A stretch of 64,000 nucleotides of DNA from positions 1 through 64,000 of IMG/VR virus record IMGVR_UViG_3300037400_003633; one strand, 5' to 3'. Under the pieces are notes generated by a model that saw only the letters and a list, made by a program, of their open reading frames with translations, was not told the origin of the DNA and made no database searches. Made by a program: the position numbers and the translations under genes. The DNA comes from a virus. Its lineage: Duplodnaviria > Caudoviricetes. This document shows, in pieces, positions 28,715 through 38,103 of this stretch (within the stretch, counting starts at the first letter, position 1; each line of letters opens with the position of its first letter).

Positions 28715-29059
28715 ATGAAGAAAGAAACGTATTTTAAAAAGGCTGACGAACTTTACGACAGCATTATTCCTACACAGAAGGAAATTCGTAAGAAGTGTGA
28801 GACATTCATCAAGAAATCATTACAGGAACATAATGGTAAGATTGATTTCTCTGATTGCGATGGCTCTGTATCAGTAACCTACGATGGTGGCAACCATCCT
28901 GAATATGCCAGCAATGCTTTCTCTATGGTTGAGGGTATTAGCCTTGACAAAAATGGAAATATCATCTTACAGACAGAGGATTGCTCTGAATATGGTATTG
29001 AGAATATCAACTGGGAAGAAGTTTACTGGATTGCCTCATTCATCAAAGAAAATTTCTAA
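28715..29059 (+). CDS. hypothetical early protein
   Basis: 114-aa ORF after promoter. Confidence 0.7.
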   Translation: MKKETYFKKADELYDSIIPTQKEIRKKCETFIKKSLQEHNGKIDFSDCDGSVSVTYDGGNHPEYASNAFSMVEGISLDKNGNIILQTEDCSEYGIENINWEEVYWIASFIKENF

Positions 29060-29134
29060 AAAAGTTCAGGAAATTTTTGGTTATTCCAAATATTTTATCT
29101 AACTTTGCAGTGTAAACAACAAAACAATAGAGTT

Positions 29135-29638
29135 ATGAGTACAAACAGTTGCGTTATCATTAAGTTGAGACAAGAGGACATAGGGAAACCTATTAAGTTC
29201 GACAAGGCATTATTGCCTGACGGAGTGAAGATTGAAGATTGGGTGCTGAAAGACCCTAATACTGGTAATATTTGGCATGATGAGAGTACCAAGGAGAAGT
29301 CAAAGACCATTATTCCCACTGGTAAGTATATCGGTATCTATTGTCACTGGGATGGTCACAAAAGTAGTGTTGGTAATGCCCTTAAAACAAGGTTCTCTAA
29401 CTATATTCATGCGCTCAATCTACTTGCAGGTGGTTGGTGCAGTGCAATCAGCAAAGGCAGCATAAAGCACTATGCCAATAGAAAGGGTGAAAGATGGGGC
29501 ATTATTCAGCCTGTGTTTGGTGACACACCGCAGGAAATCATGAAGAATATAGACTTTCAGTATTGTTACCTGCTTGATGAAAAGGGTTGGCGTTGCTATG
29601 ACACTAATTACAAGGCAGTGAGATTCTTGAAGTATTAA
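29135..29638 (+). CDS. conserved hypothetical phage protein
   Basis: GIYCHWDG motif. Confidence 0.7.
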   Translation: MSTNSCVIIKLRQEDIGKPIKFDKALLPDGVKIEDWVLKDPNTGNIWHDESTKEKSKTIIPTGKYIGIYCHWDGHKSSVGNALKTRFSNYIHALNLLAGGWCSAISKGSIKHYANRKGERWGIIQPVFGDTPQEIMKNIDFQYCYLLDEKGWRCYDTNYKAVRFLKY

Positions 29639-29679
29639 TCGGGTTGGGGAGCAATCCCCACCCACAAAAATAGAATATT

Positions 29680-29901
29680 ATGGATAGATATACTACATCA
29701 ACAGGATATGAGGTTTCTGAACGAATGAACGGTCTCGATATATATGACGAAAATGGTGATTACATCTGTGAGTTGCACGGTAGAACTCTCGACGAATACA
29801 GAAACGAGGAAGAGGCTATCGACGAAGATGCACTTGAAGGTGACATCAAGAACCAACTGGAAGTAGAGGCGTTTATTGACTACCAGTCAGGTTACTGCTA
29901 A
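29680..29901 (+). CDS. acidic hypothetical protein
   Basis: 73-aa ORF. Confidence 0.6.
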   Translation: MDRYTTSTGYEVSERMNGLDIYDENGDYICELHGRTLDEYRNEEEAIDEDALEGDIKNQLEVEAFIDYQSGYC

Positions 29902-29986
29902 AAAATACTGGTAAAAACTTGTATATCTCGAAAATTTTATATATCTTTGCCTTGTGAGGTAATTATATATTAAAATCAAAGATATT

Positions 29987-30112
29987 ATGAGTGGAAACAA
30001 AAGACTAATGCGTAGTGTAGAACACCTGAGAGTGATTGCTACGCCAACGAGAGTGCGAGAGAATGAGGACGGCACAAAGGCCCAACTCTATCGAATAAAC
30101 CCGATGAGGTGA
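29987..30112 (+). CDS. small hypothetical peptide (41 aa)
   Basis: ORF read by hand after promoter 29918. Confidence 0.4.
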   Translation: MSGNKRLMRSVEHLRVIATPTRVRENEDGTKAQLYRINPMR

Positions 30113-30127
30113 CGCACTAAAATGCCT

Positions 30128-30258
30128 GGGGCTATATGACAGGACTGCCGACGTTACGTCTCCTGAAGCCCTTTAAACTACCCTAACGTGGATTGGGTGT
30201 CCACACTAATCAATTAAGGAAATGGAGCGACAAGAACGACCACCGCCCTGATGCAGGG
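30128..30258 (+). ncRNA. candidate structured ncRNA
   Basis: Nested stems GGGCT/AGCCC, CAGGA/TCCTG, GACGT/ACGTC, then GTGGAT/GTCCAC and CCCTG/CAGGG; GC-rich, noncoding. Confidence 0.4.
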
Positions 30259-30317
30259 ATATAGGTTTTAAATGAATATTATAATAAGTTTGCGACATAA
30301 TAAAAGATAAAAATGTC

Positions 30318-30391
30318 TGGATAGTAGCTCAGTTGGTTAGAGCACTATGGCATTTGCCTATGAGTCGCAGGTTCGAGTCCTGCCTGTCCAG
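30318..30391 (+). tRNA. tRNA-like element with non-canonical anticodon arm (undetermined/pseudo)
   Basis: Acceptor TGGATAG/CTGTCCA, D arm GCTC-AGTTGGTTA-GAGC, T arm GCAGG-TTCGAGT-CCTGC; anticodon arm does not give a 5-bp stem/7-nt loop. Confidence 0.7.
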
Positions 30392-30581
30392 CAATGCGTC
30401 GTGATGATGCCTGTTTTTCCATAATGAAATTGTTAGGTTGAGGGAAGCGTATCCAGATGGGTGCGCTTCCATTGTTTATGTTAAAAATACTATAAGGTTA
30501 TAAGTTTTTCTCGAAAAAATTTGGTAGATTCGATTTTTTTATCTAATTTTGCCACGTCAAACAATAAAAACAATAAGAGTT

Positions 30582-31004
30582 ATGGTAATAGGAATTTTAA
30601 AAGTGGAGAAAACCACAAAGGTAAAAAACAATCCGTTTTACGGAAACTACGAGGTTAAGGACACGTACACTCACAACATTGTGAATGAGAAGTATGTAGG
30701 TCTTGTATCGCCTGAGAATGGCATACACATTGTAGTGAAGTCTATTGACGGTGATAAACTGGACATCACCATTGGTAAGTATGCTTTCACTGGTGAGCGT
30801 GAAAAGGACTTTGACGAGGACATAGAGTTTTCCACATCATTTGGCTTCAGTGGTCACATCTATGAGGTCACAGTAGATGTTCGTGGTCAACTTATCTCTC
30901 TCGACGAATGGTACGGTTATGGTGATTTCGAGGACTGTAATGAGCCTGACAATCACTATAAGAAGAACAGTAAGGGTATTAAGTGGGAACTTGTAGATAT
31001 GTAA
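30582..31004 (+). CDS. hypothetical early protein
   Basis: ATG after promoter leader. Confidence 0.7.
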   Translation: MVIGILKVEKTTKVKNNPFYGNYEVKDTYTHNIVNEKYVGLVSPENGIHIVVKSIDGDKLDITIGKYAFTGEREKDFDEDIEFSTSFGFSGHIYEVTVDVRGQLISLDEWYGYGDFEDCNEPDNHYKKNSKGIKWELVDM

Positions 31005-31008
31005 GACT

Positions 31009-31230
31009 ATGGCACGAAGAATAGCAATTATCGACCACAATGAGCATGAGTTGCTTATTGAGGACATCAACGAACAGGAACTGAAAGAAAAGTATGGTGG
31101 TGATGAACAGGCGTATATTGATGATAACTACGACCTTGAAAACTACTCGTGGGATTGGATTACTGACACCCAGTATTTCCCTGAGGGTGACCCTGACCCA
31201 ATGGAAGTTGAGTTTACTGATTGGTTGTGA
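31009..31230 (+). CDS. acidic hypothetical protein
   Basis: 73-aa ORF. Confidence 0.65.
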   Translation: MARRIAIIDHNEHELLIEDINEQELKEKYGGDEQAYIDDNYDLENYSWDWITDTQYFPEGDPDPMEVEFTDWL

Positions 31231-31330
31231 CAATTGGGCAATAATAAATGTTAAAAGATTGGGATATTGCTTTGATATTCCAATCTTTTTATGTAATTTT
31301 GTCACGTCAAACAATAAAAAGATTATCATT

Positions 31331-31615
31331 ATGGAAACAATAGTAATCAAAGGTGTCAAATGTTTGCTTCCTTGCAAGGTGTTATCACTTGGTCTGGATA
31401 TGCAGTGCCATCATGTTATTACAAAAAGCACAATACTTTCTGTGAACGAGTCAGAAGATAAACTTATCATTGAGAATGATGGCATAAAGATTCGTTTACG
31501 CATGAATGACTTAAATGACTTTTATCCAGATACTACGGAGAACTATAATATTCTGAAATCGCAATGTGATGAAGAATATAGCCAGTGGCATAATAGAATT
31601 GTGAAAAATAATTAA
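31331..31615 (+). CDS. hypothetical early protein
   Basis: ATG after promoter 31271. Confidence 0.65.
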   Translation: METIVIKGVKCLLPCKVLSLGLDMQCHHVITKSTILSVNESEDKLIIENDGIKIRLRMNDLNDFYPDTTENYNILKSQCDEEYSQWHNRIVKNN

Positions 31616-31689
31616 AAATAAGGCAATTTCTTTGTTATTTCAAAAGTTTTCCTTAACTTTGCCCTGTCAAACAATAAAACATTAGTATT

Positions 31690-32349
31690 ATGGAAAAAAA
31701 TGGTATTAAATTAGAAGTTATTCCCCACTACGTTGATGAGATTCTTGTTGACGGTAGAAAGTCTCACAGGACACTTATTAGGAAGGCTAATGCAAGGCTT
31801 TCTGAGTATAGCATGGGTAGTAAGTATTCATTCAATGATGACGATGATTTTGACACTGAATGCCCTATCGAAATGGAGTTCTACGACGGTATAGCACTGG
31901 CTACTGATGGTTGCGGTCTATGCCTGACCTATCCAAAGTTGGAAGAAGTTGCCAAGTCTATTGTCCGTCAGGAAAAGATTCAGGAATACACTGGTATCTA
32001 TGACGGTACTATCAATCAGCATGACGTTGCCTTGACCTATGGCGTGTTGAAATTCGATGAAAAGCAGGACAAGGTTAGCACATCTATTAGTATGCAAGCC
32101 TTTGAGCATGAGGCACTGGTATTGATGTCAGGTGACATATTTCAACAGGTATATAATATGTCAGAAGTGTATGACTATAACCTTGCTGCCAGTCTTGTTC
32201 GTGACGCTGCCTTACGCTTTGAAAAGAAGTGGTGGGAAATGAAAGCGGACGATAAGGATGATATGCTTGACTACATCTTTGAAATGGAGAAGTTCGAGGA
32301 AGAAGAACTTGCACGTTTACGTGAGATTTACGATACTGAAAACGTTTAA
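31690..32349 (+). CDS. hypothetical early protein
   Basis: 219-aa ORF. Confidence 0.7.
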   Translation: MEKNGIKLEVIPHYVDEILVDGRKSHRTLIRKANARLSEYSMGSKYSFNDDDDFDTECPIEMEFYDGIALATDGCGLCLTYPKLEEVAKSIVRQEKIQEYTGIYDGTINQHDVALTYGVLKFDEKQDKVSTSISMQAFEHEALVLMSGDIFQQVYNMSEVYDYNLAASLVRDAALRFEKKWWEMKADDKDDMLDYIFEMEKFEEEELARLREIYDTENV

Positions 32350-32535
32350 AAATTGACTGTTATGTTCTATCTCTTTCTTATATTAAGTTTTGTGGTAATG
32401 GTTGTGGATGAGTATGTCCACAACCCCCAATTCAGGAAGAAAATAAAAAACATTAAAGAATAATCGCTGAAAAATTTGGATATTCCAAAAAAAATATGTA
32501 TCTTTGCACTGTCAAACAATTAAACAATAATAACA

Positions 32536-32841
32536 ATGGAAGAACTTTGGACAAATTTAAACTCTATGAGAGTTGCAACATTCGGGCTGTCAGAAAAACA
32601 GCACGACATGGTAGTTAAGATGCTACAGGAAGATAGAGAAACCAAGGGAGGCTATCGTCTGACTGAGCCTGACAGAGAAATGGTAAACGTGTGGATTGCT
32701 GATGCTCACAGCGAGGGTAGAGAGGACTATGCAGAGTTCCTGAGACTTGCACTGGCAGAAGATGCAGACCTATATACACTGGTTGATGAGAGCCTGATTG
32801 GTTGCTCGCAGGAGATTGGCGAAGTAGCTGTTTACAAATAA
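32536..32841 (+). CDS. hypothetical early protein
   Basis: 101-aa ORF. Confidence 0.65.
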   Translation: MEELWTNLNSMRVATFGLSEKQHDMVVKMLQEDRETKGGYRLTEPDREMVNVWIADAHSEGREDYAEFLRLALAEDADLYTLVDESLIGCSQEIGEVAVYK

Positions 32842-32855
32842 GAAAGGAGGGTAAT

Positions 32856-32993
32856 ATGGCATACATTAAGATTGGTTTTCCTGAAGTTCAGGAACTCATG
32901 GAAGAAGAAGATTTCATGGATAATGCAGTAGCGACCAATGAGCCAGGTGTTTACCTTGTAGATGAAGACTGGCTTGATGAGTTTGAAGAGTAA
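32856..32993 (+). CDS. small acidic hypothetical protein
   Basis: 45-aa ORF. Confidence 0.55.
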   Translation: MAYIKIGFPEVQELMEEEDFMDNAVATNEPGVYLVDEDWLDEFEE

Positions 32994-33030
32994 AAAACAA
33001 AGTAATAGTATATTTATATAACACAATATT

Positions 33031-33303
33031 ATGGCACAGAGAGTGAAGAGATTCAACAAGGCTTTTGGCAACTGCCTGTTTTGCAGCAGAGATAATGTTG
33101 CCAAGGTGATTGCAGAGCGCATCGAGGAATATGATGTATTTGCAGATAAGCCAACAGGGATAAAGATGGAGCGCATCGACGAAATGCACGACCGATTATC
33201 CTTAACATTCAGCAATGGTACACTGGATGGTATTGTGACATGGCGTAAAGCACTGGATGGGCATCAATATGTCTTATCAGGCTACGAAGTAACAGAGAGT
33301 TAA
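33031..33303 (+). CDS. hypothetical early protein
   Basis: 90-aa ORF. Confidence 0.65.
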   Translation: MAQRVKRFNKAFGNCLFCSRDNVAKVIAERIEEYDVFADKPTGIKMERIDEMHDRLSLTFSNGTLDGIVTWRKALDGHQYVLSGYEVTES

Positions 33304-33387
33304 TATCATATTGTAAGATTCGTGATTTGTGTTTTTCATGGTAGTGCCATTCCAGTCAGTGATGATAGGGGTGGCTTTTTTTTATAT

Positions 33388-33413
33388 GGCTCTGTGGTGG
33401 AACTGGCATACAC
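33388..33413 (+). pseudogene. 5' fragment of a type II (Leu-like) tRNA
   Basis: GGCTCTG-TG-GTG-GAACTGGCATA-CAC, acceptor 5' strand and D arm only. Confidence 0.55.
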
Positions 33414-33422
33414 AACAAATAA

Positions 33423-33524
33423 GGGGGAGTGTCGAAACTGGTAGCCGAGGGGGACTTAAAATCCCCTGCCCATTAGTATTACACGAAAGTAAGTAGCGTG
33501 AGGGTTCGAGTCCCTCCTCCCCTA
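33423..33524 (+). tRNA. tRNA-Leu(TAA) with 33-nt variable region
   Basis: Acceptor GGGGGAG/CTCCCCT, D arm TCG/CGA, anticodon stem GGGGA/TCCCC loop CTTAAAA, T arm GAGGG-TTCGAGT-CCCTC, discriminator A; 102 nt. Confidence 0.85.
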
Positions 33525-33610
33525 CACTTTTCATAAAAAACCTTAAAAAGTTTTGTAGTCTCATATATTTTATGTAATTTTGCAGTGTCAAACAATAAAA
33601 CATAAGAGAT

Positions 33611-33898
33611 ATGAAAAGGTACAAAGTTAGAATCACAGACAGAAACGGCTTCTACAAGGAGTTCGATGATGGCAGTATCATTGGTGGGCACTATGGTGAG
33701 CCTATCGTAGTTACTATGCTGCTTAATGAGAATGAATTTAAGGCTCTTACAATGTTTATGGGTCAGGTGAGCGAATTACGTCACGATGTGGCTGCATTTA
33801 ACCTATCCCAGTGTTGTGTGCTGACACCTTGGCATAAGAGGGTGATGTGCAAATACTTTAAGGCTTTCACAGAACAGGTAACAATAGAAATACTATAA
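33611..33898 (+). CDS. hypothetical early protein
   Basis: 95-aa ORF after promoter. Confidence 0.65.
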   Translation: MKRYKVRITDRNGFYKEFDDGSIIGGHYGEPIVVTMLLNENEFKALTMFMGQVSELRHDVAAFNLSQCCVLTPWHKRVMCKYFKAFTEQVTIEIL

Positions 33899-33902
33899 GG
33901 CT

Positions 33903-34334
33903 ATGGAAAAGACGAGAGAAGAAATGCTTGCCATTATCCGTAAAGTGATTGGCAATAAGAGATTTATATTCTCTGATGCATACGTTAAAAAGGCTGGCTA
34001 TCCAAAGGTTGGCAATGACAGGGAAATATGTGCTATAACACAGCAAAATGTTTTCTTCACGTCAAAGGTTCTTATCAGATACTTCTACGATGAGGAAACA
34101 GATAACTATCCTGCTAAGATTGATAAACTGCCAATTTGTAGGCGTTTCGACGGATTCACCAGAAGTAATCTGAAACTGGACGATTTGTCACTGGGAGACC
34201 TGAGAAGCCTATACAATGGGCTTACTTACTATCTGTGGTGGGAAAACGACGTAAGACTGCCTGAAATCAGGAAACAGTTCACAGAGTGTGAGGAAAAAGC
34301 AAAGATGTATGCTAAGTTAGAGAAATTGGTCTAA
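33903..34334 (+). CDS. hypothetical early protein
   Basis: 143-aa ORF. Confidence 0.7.
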   Translation: MEKTREEMLAIIRKVIGNKRFIFSDAYVKKAGYPKVGNDREICAITQQNVFFTSKVLIRYFYDEETDNYPAKIDKLPICRRFDGFTRSNLKLDDLSLGDLRSLYNGLTYYLWWENDVRLPEIRKQFTECEEKAKMYAKLEKLV

Positions 34335-34477
34335 GGAGTAAACCTTTTTAAATCAGGATGCTGGGGCGTTGGGGAGCGTTTCCAGCATCTTTTTTTTCGA
34401 AAAAAGTTGGGAAAAAGTTTGGTTATTCCAAATATTTTATGTAAATTTGCAGCAGATTAAACAAAAACATAAGAGAT

Positions 34478-34840
34478 ATGAAGTATACAAAGATTTTCGA
34501 TGCCTACAAGAAAAAGACTGACTTGCTGATGAACTATCAGTTGTGTCGTGCATACTTTGGCGACAATTGCAGTATTCTGCGAATCGTTGAGAAGATTCTG
34601 CTTGAACGTTTTAGCGATGTTCCTTTCAAGGAAAAGACCATTGGTAGGGTTCTATCAAATTTGGTTGGTAAGACTAATCCAGTAGTTGAGATTCCAAAGT
34701 GGGAAATCAAAATGACCGCCAGTGAGATTCTTGCTGCCTACGTTGAAAAGCGATTCGATAAGATGGTCAGGGAGCAGTTGAACGGTAAGCCAAACTACCC
34801 GCTAACGTTCAGAGACATTGTCGAGAGAAATTTGGAGTAA
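34478..34840 (+). CDS. hypothetical early protein
   Basis: 120-aa ORF after promoter. Confidence 0.7.
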   Translation: MKYTKIFDAYKKKTDLLMNYQLCRAYFGDNCSILRIVEKILLERFSDVPFKEKTIGRVLSNLVGKTNPVVEIPKWEIKMTASEILAAYVEKRFDKMVREQLNGKPNYPLTFRDIVERNLE

Positions 34841-34993
34841 ACGTTACTTTTTTTAAATCACAATATTTTTGAAGCCATGACTGGTTGTCTGTGAAGATAG
34901 CCAGTTATTTTTTTCGAAAAAAGTTCAGAAAAAGTTTGGTTAATCCAAATATTTTCCCTAACTTTGCCACGTGAAACTTAAACAATAATAGTT

Positions 34994-35269
34994 ATGGCAA
35001 GAAAAATTTACGTATTAGGCTACGAAACAGCCGACGATGGCAGAGGCACAATCTGTGCAGTGCCTGACAAAAACAATCTCACTGACGAACAGAAGAAGGA
35101 GATTAGAAAGAGTATCGAGAATTCATTCAGTGAGGAATTCGAGAATGAGGCTGATGCAGATGAGTTAGTAGACTTTGAGAAAACTCTTAGTACTCTCCTG
35201 AAAGGTGAGGACAGCAGTTGGGTTAACTACTACTGGTTTGCGTGGATTGAAATAGATTTGATTGACTGA
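34994..35269 (+). CDS. acidic hypothetical early protein
   Basis: 91-aa ORF after promoter. Confidence 0.65.
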   Translation: MARKIYVLGYETADDGRGTICAVPDKNNLTDEQKKEIRKSIENSFSEEFENEADADELVDFEKTLSTLLKGEDSSWVNYYWFAWIEIDLID

Positions 35270-35345
35270 TTCTTCCATATCTTAAAGTTTAGTTGTTGAC
35301 AGGAGGACTGGGTAATGCATAACACCTAGTCTTCCATCTTTTTTA
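35270..35345 (+). ncRNA. candidate 3'-UTR sRNA: anti-start-codon segment plus terminator
   Basis: Reverse complement of 35272-35300 reads GTCAACAACTAAACTTTAAGATATGGAAG; hairpin 35302-35335. Confidence 0.4.
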
Positions 35346-35423
35346 TTAAAAAATGCAAAAAAGTTTTGTAGTCTGAAATATTTTATCTAATTTTGCGGTG
35401 TCAAACAATAAAACATAAAAGAT

Positions 35424-35657
35424 ATGACTTACAGCATGATTATTCAAAAAAACCTGTACGACCCTGAATATATCAATGGGTTACAGACTTGGCAGCAGGT
35501 GACAGAGAAACTGCGTAGTGGGCTTCCAACATGTACGAAATCTGTACACATCTACAAGTTTTCGAGTAACAACAAGACAATAGGTAGTTGCATTGTTACA
35601 ATGGCTAACATTGTCAAGGTTGCTAACACTTTGAGAGATAAACAAGCATTATATTAA
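35424..35657 (+). CDS. hypothetical early protein
   Basis: 77-aa ORF. Confidence 0.6.
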   Translation: MTYSMIIQKNLYDPEYINGLQTWQQVTEKLRSGLPTCTKSVHIYKFSSNNKTIGSCIVTMANIVKVANTLRDKQALY

Positions 35658-35678
35658 CAACTTAAAATTTCAAAGATT

Positions 35679-36308
35679 ATGGGACAGTATTACAGACCAG
35701 TAGTTTTAAAGAAGAACTACAAGACAGCTAACAATCCAGTTGAGGCTTCGTTATCGCCTTACGACTATTGCAACGGTGCAAAGTTGATGGAACACTCCTA
35801 CGTTGCTAATAGATACGTTCGTTCTGTTGAGTTTATTCTTGCTAACCAGTTCAAGGGTCATCGCTTTGCATGGGTTGGTGACTATGCAAGTGACGTAAAC
35901 CTGATTAAGACCACAAAGCACCCTGACGGTATAGATTTATACAAGGCAGCTAATAACTGGATGGACGAAAATGCAAATGCGTACAGGGCATTGCGTGGCA
36001 CTATTCCAGTAATGTGTGCAGAGTATGAGGATTTTGACCCTTACTTGCACATACCATACTACAAGTATCTCGTGAACTATACCAAGAAAGAGTATTGCAC
36101 CATTCCAAAGTACAACCCTGCAAAGGATGAATGTGTTGTAAATCCGCTTCCATTGCTGACAGCAGACGGTAACGGTCAGGGTGGTGGAGATTACTATGTA
36201 GAGGATGCACGTGTAGGCTCGTGGGCTTACGACAGCATAGGACTTACCAACGACAGCAACGAGATTAAGGGCTTCAAGAGAATAAGCGGTAAGTTCAAGA
36301 GAGAATAA
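35679..36308 (+). CDS. conserved hypothetical phage protein
   Basis: MGQYY, GAKLMEHSY, WVGDYA, PLPLLTADGNGQGGGDY, VGSWA. Confidence 0.75.
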   Translation: MGQYYRPVVLKKNYKTANNPVEASLSPYDYCNGAKLMEHSYVANRYVRSVEFILANQFKGHRFAWVGDYASDVNLIKTTKHPDGIDLYKAANNWMDENANAYRALRGTIPVMCAEYEDFDPYLHIPYYKYLVNYTKKEYCTIPKYNPAKDECVVNPLPLLTADGNGQGGGDYYVEDARVGSWAYDSIGLTNDSNEIKGFKRISGKFKRE

Positions 36309-36408
36309 GGCTGTAAGTATCTTAATATATATTAAAAGATTGGGGTATTATTTGGATATTCCAATCTTTTTATGTAATTTTGCCATGTCAAACAAAACAT
36401 TTAAGATT

Positions 36409-36600
36409 ATGGAACAAGTTGCATTATTTAACAAGAATTGGTTCGATGAAAATACCATTAGCCAAATGTCAAGGGAAGAGGCTATAAGCACTGCAATGCA
36501 GTATAATGGTATTGCTTGCATCAGGAACAAGAAAGAAGTTGAGGCTGACAAGCTACGACACCCTGAGAAGTATTCAGCTATTATCATTAAAAACTTATAA
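36409..36600 (+). CDS. hypothetical early protein
   Basis: ATG after promoter 36351. Confidence 0.6.
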   Translation: MEQVALFNKNWFDENTISQMSREEAISTAMQYNGIACIRNKKEVEADKLRHPEKYSAIIIKNL

Positions 36601-36612
36601 AGGTATTGTAGT

Positions 36613-36855
36613 ATGGGATTATTCTTCAATGAAGACAGAAAGACCTATTGCGGAACTTATAAGGGGTTCAGAGTATATGGTTTCGGCTGTATGATAGGCA
36701 ACAACTGGTATGGGGATTATTACATTACTATTCCTCGTGGAGAATCAAAACGACAGATGAAAGTAAAAGACAGCGTATGTCGCTCTATTGAAGCACTAAA
36801 GCAGTATGTGGATAGTCATCTGACAGAACTACAACAGCAGGCTGGACTTAAATAA
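36613..36855 (+). CDS. hypothetical early protein
   Basis: 80-aa ORF. Confidence 0.6.
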   Translation: MGLFFNEDRKTYCGTYKGFRVYGFGCMIGNNWYGDYYITIPRGESKRQMKVKDSVCRSIEALKQYVDSHLTELQQQAGLK

Positions 36856-36862
36856 GTACAAG
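36845..36862 (+). repeat. polar 18-bp motif, copy 5
   Basis: GACTTAAATAAGTACAAG overlapping stop codon. Confidence 0.85.
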
Positions 36863-36894
36863 GTCGTATGTATAAAAAATAAACACATAGAAAT

Positions 36895-37140
36895 ATGAGA
36901 ATACAGGTATTACACGCCAGCGTGAATCCACAGTACTATGATACAAAGGAGCTGGCAAAGATGGATTATAACTCAGCATTGAATTTCTTCGAGAACGACG
37001 GAATCAACGCCTGTAGGGTAGAACATCATGATATTGATGCTACAGAGTACAGTGAGCATCTGTTTGCGCCTGATGGTATTCAGGGAGGTGATGACAGCGA
37101 TACAAATCTTGTCTGGCTAAAGGTTACGCCATTTATGTAA
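36895..37140 (+). CDS. hypothetical early protein
   Basis: 81-aa ORF. Confidence 0.6.
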   Translation: MRIQVLHASVNPQYYDTKELAKMDYNSALNFFENDGINACRVEHHDIDATEYSEHLFAPDGIQGGDDSDTNLVWLKVTPFM

Positions 37141-37169
37141 TATATTATATTAATTAAATCAATAGCGTT

Positions 37170-37472
37170 ATGAATAAACATTTGATTAAAATGCGAGACA
37201 TTCCTCATGCATCAAACTGCATCAAGGCAATCCTGAAACTTGAAGAGGCTGAAAACAAGTATATCCGAGAGCAAATTACGTTGAAGTGGGGAGATAGGAC
37301 TCAGGATGAGGCTGTAGCTGAGCTGGGTCAACGTCTGAACAGAGGTCGTGCTCGTGTCCGAGGCTATCAGGTGGCACTACATGAGTTGAAGCGTTCCCTG
37401 AAGCATCATAACCAGTGCTATGATTGGTCTGTTTCACATCAGGAGGCTGTGGCAGTTACCACAGAGGCGTAA
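37170..37472 (+). CDS. hypothetical early protein
   Basis: 100-aa ORF. Confidence 0.65.
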   Translation: MNKHLIKMRDIPHASNCIKAILKLEEAENKYIREQITLKWGDRTQDEAVAELGQRLNRGRARVRGYQVALHELKRSLKHHNQCYDWSVSHQEAVAVTTEA

Positions 37473-37567
37473 AACGTTAAAGATTCTAAAAAATTGAGGC
37501 TATCTCTTGGTAGTCTCATTTTTTTTATGTAATTTTGCGTCGAGTTAAACAATTAAACAGAAGGATT

Positions 37568-37861
37568 ATGAAGTTAAAACATTTTGCGGGCTACGGCTCA
37601 GTTGAAGTGAAAAAGCAGTCCAAGACTACTTTCACTAACGAATGGGGAGAGAAAAAGACAAAACTCGTCCTGACAGTAAAGGGCAACCATGAACGTGGAC
37701 TTGTGCGTGATGACATCTACGACGTTAAGCACTGGCTGTTTGACAGATTCGAGAAGAATTTCAATGGCGATTACTACAACATCACTATGAGCGTTCATGA
37801 TGACTACATCAGTGAGAATGGTATCGACGTTGAGGTGGCTACATATACTTTTATCTACTAA
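37568..37861 (+). CDS. hypothetical early protein
   Basis: ATG after promoter 37506. Confidence 0.65.
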   Translation: MKLKHFAGYGSVEVKKQSKTTFTNEWGEKKTKLVLTVKGNHERGLVRDDIYDVKHWLFDRFEKNFNGDYYNITMSVHDDYISENGIDVEVATYTFIY

Positions 37862-37875
37862 TTGAAAAACGTGAT

Positions 37876-38082
37876 ATGAGTAACAGGGCACGAATAAAGG
37901 TTAGGGCTAAAAAACAGGCGAGGCGTATTGCTAAGCCTGTACAGCCTGAAAAGCCTCACACGAGTTTCAATATATTTACTCAAGATGGCAAAAGCCTTAC
38001 AGATGTAAAGTCGCCACGACCAATGTATCTTGCAGAGGCACAGGCATATTTTAAAGCCTTATGTATAGGAGCAAATGATTAA
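37876..38082 (+). CDS. basic hypothetical protein
   Basis: 68-aa ORF. Confidence 0.55.
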   Translation: MSNRARIKVRAKKQARRIAKPVQPEKPHTSFNIFTQDGKSLTDVKSPRPMYLAEAQAYFKALCIGAND

Positions 38083-38103
38083 AAACATCAAAAGAATTGA
38101 AAT

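Noticed and set aside
30128-30394. tmRNA (GGGGCT start plus downstream T arm)
   Set aside because: The GGGGCT end pairs locally, the T arm belongs to an element with its own D arm and acceptor stem, and no tag ORF is evident.
33423-33524. Group I intron in tRNA-Leu(UAA)
   Set aside because: Anticodon loop is uninterrupted; the extra sequence is only about 15-20 nt and lies in the variable arm.
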